Source: Botryllus schlosseri (Eukaryota). Taken from it: a DNA stretch of 64,000 bases. Shown here in pieces: positions 58,017 to 64,000 of the stretch (position 1 is its first letter; the number at the start of each line of letters is the position of its first letter). The notes beneath the pieces were generated by a model, which saw only the letters and a list, made by a program, of their open reading frames with translations, was not told the origin of the DNA and made no database searches. The stretch spans positions 18,538,001-18,602,000 of the forward strand of contig CM119383.1 of the NCBI GenBank assembly GCA_051294905.1, written 5' to 3'. Position numbers and translations under genes: made by a program.

Positions 58017-58531
58017 GATTAGGTTAGAATTAGAATTAGGGCATCGCAGTTTTTACCAGATTAGATCAAAATCAGAACTACCGAATTCGCAGAACTTGGA
58101 ATTTGAAATTAAATACAGTAAATACCAAGCTTGATTGATTTCAAACTACTGTGTATTCCCATGAGCATGAGATTGGTTAACGTCCGGACACCTAGCTGTG
58201 ATTGCTTTGCACTCACCTGTTCGCATGCCTTACTATTTTATTCCACACTAGCAGAAAACCCGAAACGGCTTCGGCGTTGTACTAACATATGGTTATTATT
58301 CACAATTACCACCCTGATCGCACGGACGACGTAACGTTAAAGTAATGCGGTAGCAGTTGGCAACAGATTTCCTTATGCAAGAGGGACATTCTTGTTGACT
58401 TGGCGCAAAAGTGCTGCAGGCAAAGCATTTTCAGCAAAATAATAAATTAGATCAGAATTAGATCACTTGCATTTTACTCTAATTCAGTGAAATTAGACCA
58501 CTAGAATTACCCAGTTATCCAAGTCTGTTCC
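58017..58531 (-). mobile_element. hAT derivative related to 24680-25200, inserted in the decayed block
   Basis: Reverse complement AGTGCAAAGCAATCACAGCTAGGTGTCCGGACGTTAACCAATCTCATGCTCATGGGAAT aligns with 24870-24930. The end CAGTTATCCAAGTCTG resembles 25185-25200. Confidence 0.6.
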
Positions 58532-61500
58532 CAACCATGCGCTCTTTACTAGATATCTCAGAACTGGACAGAGCCTCCTGCTGACCCAACACCGCCAGAT
58601 AGGCGTGGCCTCAATCCGGGAATTCTGTAACGCACTCACGATTTCAATGCTGAAAAAATCTGGAGCACCAGGAACCTAGCGAAGAATCATCAACCCATCA
58701 TTAGGGCTATTGCGCACTCTCGCTGATTCCAGGCCTCACAAGACGGGAATGGTGAACCTTGAATACATTTGCCGATCTCACAAACCCGAGCGATGTGAAT
58801 GGGCACCTTCTCCCTGTTATTTTAGTCCTGGATAACTTCGAGGAACATTTTGTTGTGTCAAACGCCAGTATTTCTTCGTACGTGGCGTGGAAACAAAACC
58901 CAATTGATCGTGAACGTCTTCAATATTACAGAGAGTGGCGTTCCCTCCAAACCACAGATAAGGTATGTGGAGTATGGTTCCTATCATGCATGGCCCCACC
59001 TATTACTTAGCTAGGCCGCCCCTATTGTATGATTCAGATACCAGCTATCCTATTTATTTATTGTTATCCCCACTAATATCCACTAGCTAAGGCTGGGCAA
59101 AATTGAAAACCTGTGGGATTTAATTCAGAATCATGCATTATGTTCAAGTCGAACGAGCGTTTGAACATCACTCATTGTAATGTCACAGTAAAATGTACTG
59201 TTAAATATAATCAGTCTCGAGTACCTGAATCATGGTGCCCAGCCCCAATAATAGCATGTCTTAAATACAACAAAGGCCCCCCGTCAGCAATATAAACTTA
59301 ATGTTTAGTGTTCAGAATGCCATTCTAACTTCGGGCATAGCTTCGCCCTAACACCATAAGTAAGCCCGTATAGCTATCTTTCATCCTGCCCTCGTAGATA
59401 CTCCAGCGTACTGTTGTGACAACGCCACAGTCGGTGGTCTTATATAGAGGTTTTTCAAAGTAGATGTTAAATCAATTATTCCCTTTTTATTTTTTAAAGG
59501 CAAGGCTTTCTAATTTTAATTTTGGATTTCCTATGAATAATTTACTGGTAATGGATGTTTTACCAACGGCCATTAATGGGAATCTGTCACGAGTAAAAAA
59601 AAATCACAACACATTCACATTAGTCCTAGGCCTCATTTGAATTTTCAATCATACCTGTCATCTGAAAAAAACTCTCAACACATTATCCACATTAATCTTA
59701 GGACGCATCTGAATTTTCAATCACTCACTGGCATCAAAAAGCTCCCCTAAAAGGCTTTTAGCGGTTTTAATGTAATTTAGACATTAAACTGAGCCATGTA
59801 ATGAGTTTTGTTTTGATTTTTTACACCAAACGCCAATAATTCCGTCTCCAAACATTCCTTTTAAAGCAATTTCCACCATTTGAGTCGCGAAGCACCCCTG
59901 CCAACTAAGCCCATTGCTCCCACCCTGCATAGTATGCCAGAGGTCCCCGTTTGCATGCAACAACAGGTCACGTGAAAGTAGAACCAACACACCTTGTCAA
60001 TATTGTTTGCCGCACACAGTTTCCAACTACCGTCGGGCAATGGAATTAGTTATCATATCAGACACGTAATTCCTGTTGTTTTAACAGATTTATTGTCGGG
60101 ACTTTGTCGCATGTTTCACGGGGAGCAGCACGTAGAATGTGACGTCATCAAAGGTGTCTCTTTAGCAATGCCTGCTGAATTTCTTGTAATGATAATTTCT
60201 TTCGGCATTGTGTTATTTATTGGAGGTCAGTTTACAAGTCTCCAAGGTCTTTCGTGGTAAAGTCACAGTCGCTACTGGAGTAGAAGTAACGTCGGGCCCT
60301 TTACTCAAGTAGAAATAAGAGTGGTGTCCAGAGAAAGTAGTCACTGCACGCCTTTTCCTGCCCCCAAACAACAACTCTCTAAGTCCGATGCATCATGAAA
60401 ACGTGATCGGTTTGTAGGACAGGAGTATGTCGAAGTGGTTCGGGAATCAGACTCCCACCTCGGCCTAGACAATGCACACTGAATTAGGGTAAATAAGATA
60501 GTACAGGACAAAAAGCGACTATATATATATGTCATGGGGAGCGAGATTGATTGAATAGGTCAGTCGTGGTCCTGCAATATTGGGCACGGACTGCATTCAG
60601 TTGCCCGTATTTCGACTTGAACGCGGACAATGGACATGCTCGCCGACCGTCGGACGGCAAGTAAGAAGTGAACGGAAACCTTTAATGGCGCGATTACCAG
60701 ACAGGCAGAAAGCTGTCCGAAAATCTTCTAGTTAGCCCACCATTACGCTATAGGGCTTCTACTGTATTAGCGTGGTCACCCAACCGGATGTCCCATATAC
60801 CATGGTGTGTAAAAATCACATTTAGCTCTTGACGTACACCCCCCATTCTCGATGCTGCAAGTGACAATTCACCTAACAGATGCCGATGATTTTGTTCCTT
60901 TGGGAGTAGAGCATGGGAACAACGGCATCCGCTCGGGCTGCAACATCTGCTCAGAATACGGCGTCTGTCCAGCAATACACTAACGGAAACCGAGGATTGT
61001 CGTATGTCTGATATCAAAAACTGCATTAATCAAGCAAGAAATTATTTTACTTCGAAGCATGTTCGTTAACGCGACAAGACTGAGCCGTCCGCGCACCAAA
61101 ATAATGGTAACGCTTTTGGCGAGGTTTGAGCTGCCTTGGAGTAAAAAATCATTCACCATTCCCATATAGTTCAGTTCAAACCTTCCGGTTGGTATCGTAA
61201 CATTTTTTTTTATTGTAAGGATGGTTGTCAATTCAAGTAGTGGTACATTTCCGTAATCGAGTGGATTAGTCCTTATAATTACTGTGCGTCTTATTATATC
61301 GATTATTATCATAGGCGGTCAACTCAGTCAAGAAGGCCAATCTAGCAGAAATAGAACTAGCGACGAACACATCTACTCAAGTACGAGTAGACGTACTCCA
61401 ATAATCCAAATATTAACCGGTAATATCATACTGGCAATTCCGCATTCACCACGCGCGATGCGCGACGAAAATTTTCGGCTTTCCTCAACTCTTATGAGAT

Positions 61501-64000
61501 GCTCCGAAATCTTCCGGGCTATCCTGCCGATTGGGAGATTGAACTACATCTACCTGACAAGCTGAAAATAGCGAAAAGCAAGGTAGTAGCGAAATTCAGG
61601 TTCACCTAAGTAAGCACTTGAAGTAGAGGAACTACTTGAGTACTCCGGAATATTAGAAGTACTCCGCTATTGACCATAATCCACACAGTAATACCGGTCA
61701 TGCCAACAAAACTACAAATACTGATGCAGGAAGAACTGAAACCTCGGGCCTGGATCATTCACACACTAAGGACGGGAACAATTCCATCCTTTAGGCCATT
61801 TGCCGATCACACTGTCGAATTTGAGGGTTAGTTAGAGACTGGTCGCATTAAGAAACCCAAGAGGGAGAGGTTCAGAAACGCTGCGGCCTCCGCCGAGCAT
61901 GAATGGTTTTTTCTATTTTAAACCGCGACACCGTTCAATAATAAATAAGAAAATAGGCGTTTAACTATTGTATATCCTGCCCGTGCACCAACATTGTCTT
62001 ATTGATTCCTGAGAACACGTCCATTGGACAGTAAAATGTAAAACCCCAATACTCGGCTTTATATATATAATTGAGGCTGGACATAGACTCCAATAGTTCC
62101 TATCCCAATATTTTGTGGATGATTACCCCCGCGATTTTACTGCATAACAAGCCTGCGAGAACGTTTTGTTTCTCAACCTTTTTTCTATCGCACACCACAT
62201 GGGTTATTCGAGTGCATTTTACCATATGGCAAGTCACCATGTCATTTTGGCTCCAGATGGCACGAAGACTGAGGGTCCCCCGCTGGGACTCAGCCATCTG
62301 CCATGTGGGTATATATATGATCAAAATGTTGCCAATGCAGTAACCCGACCGAACTGGATAGACTTTGGAACCATGGTGGTTTCTTATGTGGTCAAGGGTG
62401 TACGAGTTTTGAACAAGGCTCCATCCAAAAGGTGTGCTGAGACGAAGATAAGAAGTTGGAGAATTCTGGTCTAGCGTAAGATCCTGATAATTCTCCAAGA
62501 TTCTCACTCCAACCGCACACTTCATCGTTAAAATAAAACCTGCACACCCACGATGGCTTAGGCCTACTGGGATTCTCGTCATTATGTCCTGCATTTAAGG
62601 TGCCACAATATTAGATAGGACCATATATTTCGAAAGAATTTCAATTTGAAAAGGTAGTGATGGACTCGCCGTTGCCAAATATTGTCGAACACTTCAAAGT
62701 GCCCATGCGGGCCACAAAATATGCTTGCGGGCCACGTTCCTGAGATCCCTGGAATAGAGTGAAGTTGCCATATTCATATCGAATAGATGTCATTAGGTGT
62801 AGCTCAACATCTAGTTCTTTTTTTGTGGATTTAGCTTAAACTTGCTAAGCGCGGTTAGGTTCAAATCAGTCTGTGGATCCTTTTCAGGTGTCGCTGCGTC
62901 AGGGCTCCACAAGCTTCTGGAAATTCAAAGCTCATTCCATTGGTGGAATCTCTCCCCAGAAAACCATCTCATGCACCAAGGACTCGTGTTATAGGGCGCC
63001 GGTGAGTCGTTTAATGCATGCATACCAACTCACATACTAAAAAAGGTTTTTAAAGCGCAGAATACCACGGTATGGTGCCACCCGAACTTGTGCACAAACC
63101 ACAGTCACTCCCTAATTCATGTAAACGTACTACATTTAGCTATTAATTGTACAAAAAACTATCCTATAGGCTGGAAATTGTAGAATTTAAAAGCCTCCAG
63201 GAATTTTGGGGAACATACTCCGTAATCAGCGTGAGTAGGCTATATAAGTGTAGGGCTTATATAAAGAAAATTTCGACCATTACTGTGAAGAGTACATTCA
63301 TCAATTATTCAGGGCGTTCTGCTGATAGCAAGCGACAAATACAAGGCTACCCTCAATCCAATGCACAACCGGGAATTAGCCAACACTATCTTGCAGCACG
63401 ACGATCGTCACAATCGATACTGCGAGCGAAACGTCCACAAACCATCCATAGTGATATCCAGTAGTAAAAAATTACAGGAAACAAAAGATCATCGACACAC
63501 AACTTTGGCTTGCGTGATTTCGGGCTATAATTCTAACAAATAGTTGCAATTTTAGTTCAATTCCCAGAATATGAGTCGACAGATAAGGCCAACCGTCTTT
63601 TATTTTTCCGCCGCAAATGGTTATTATTATGACAAAAAATCATGCAACCTTTTCTGCCCAACCCTTTATGACGGTCAATTTTCATGGACCGAGGCCCAAT
63701 GCAATTGATCTGCCCATCTCTATGCCGAACGCCTCCGCCAGAATGATTTAACTAATTGGCCCCTTGGTTTTACCGTTGTAGATGTTTCTGCGAGCACAAA
63801 CGCAAAGTCGTACACCGGACGATGATTCTCGTTAACCTCACGAACAGCAAGAAATGTTAGCCTGCTACGCAAGGAGCGGAAAAAGGTTTTTAATTTTGAT
63901 TAATGTTCCACTTGGTTTTCGCAATGTGCGAAGGCGTGTAAAAAATTTAGTGTCTGATCCTTGGGGCTGTCAACGCGTTGAACCCAGATTAACCTATTCC

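Noticed and set aside
60270-60370. RKRR-AV furin site of a decayed env
   Set aside because: The frame has many stops, no fusion peptide or TM segment follows, and the adjacent GAGTAGAAGTA/TACTCAAGTAG sequence resembles a simple repeat family also seen at 30.9 and 33.1 kb.

Overview
AT-rich eukaryotic DNA, probably from an invertebrate; an ascidian-like host is my inference from the NLR gene style and the repeat families. The window has three parts. (1) 1-37.7 kb is host sequence holding the 3' part of a spliced NACHT/NLR gene on the minus strand (four phase-compatible exons), with many MITEs, hAT remnants, LINE fragments and tRNA-derived SINEs. (2) About 38.3-46.4 kb is an intact reverse-transcribing element on the minus strand. 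Its order is tRNA primer-binding site, small membrane-glycoprotein ORF, Gag (PSAP/PPxY late domains, CCHC knuckle), -1 frameshift signal, then Pol. Pol reads protease-RT-RNase H and then, where integrase normally sits, a Tpt1/KptA RNA 2'-phosphotransferase-like domain and a stop. I see no integrase, no tyrosine recombinase, no matching LTR pair and no CA att end next to the PBS. This integrase-less, Tpt1-fused, possibly budding element is the main candidate for an undescribed system. (3) About 46.4-62.6 kb is a repeat-poor, decayed block of orphan genes: an IAP-type RING remnant, a 319-aa orphan, an acidic protein with tandem SIM-like motifs, and a plus-strand gene remnant with 41-57 nt introns. 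It may be an older viral insertion or the permuted 3' half of the same element. All assignments are by eye, without database searches.
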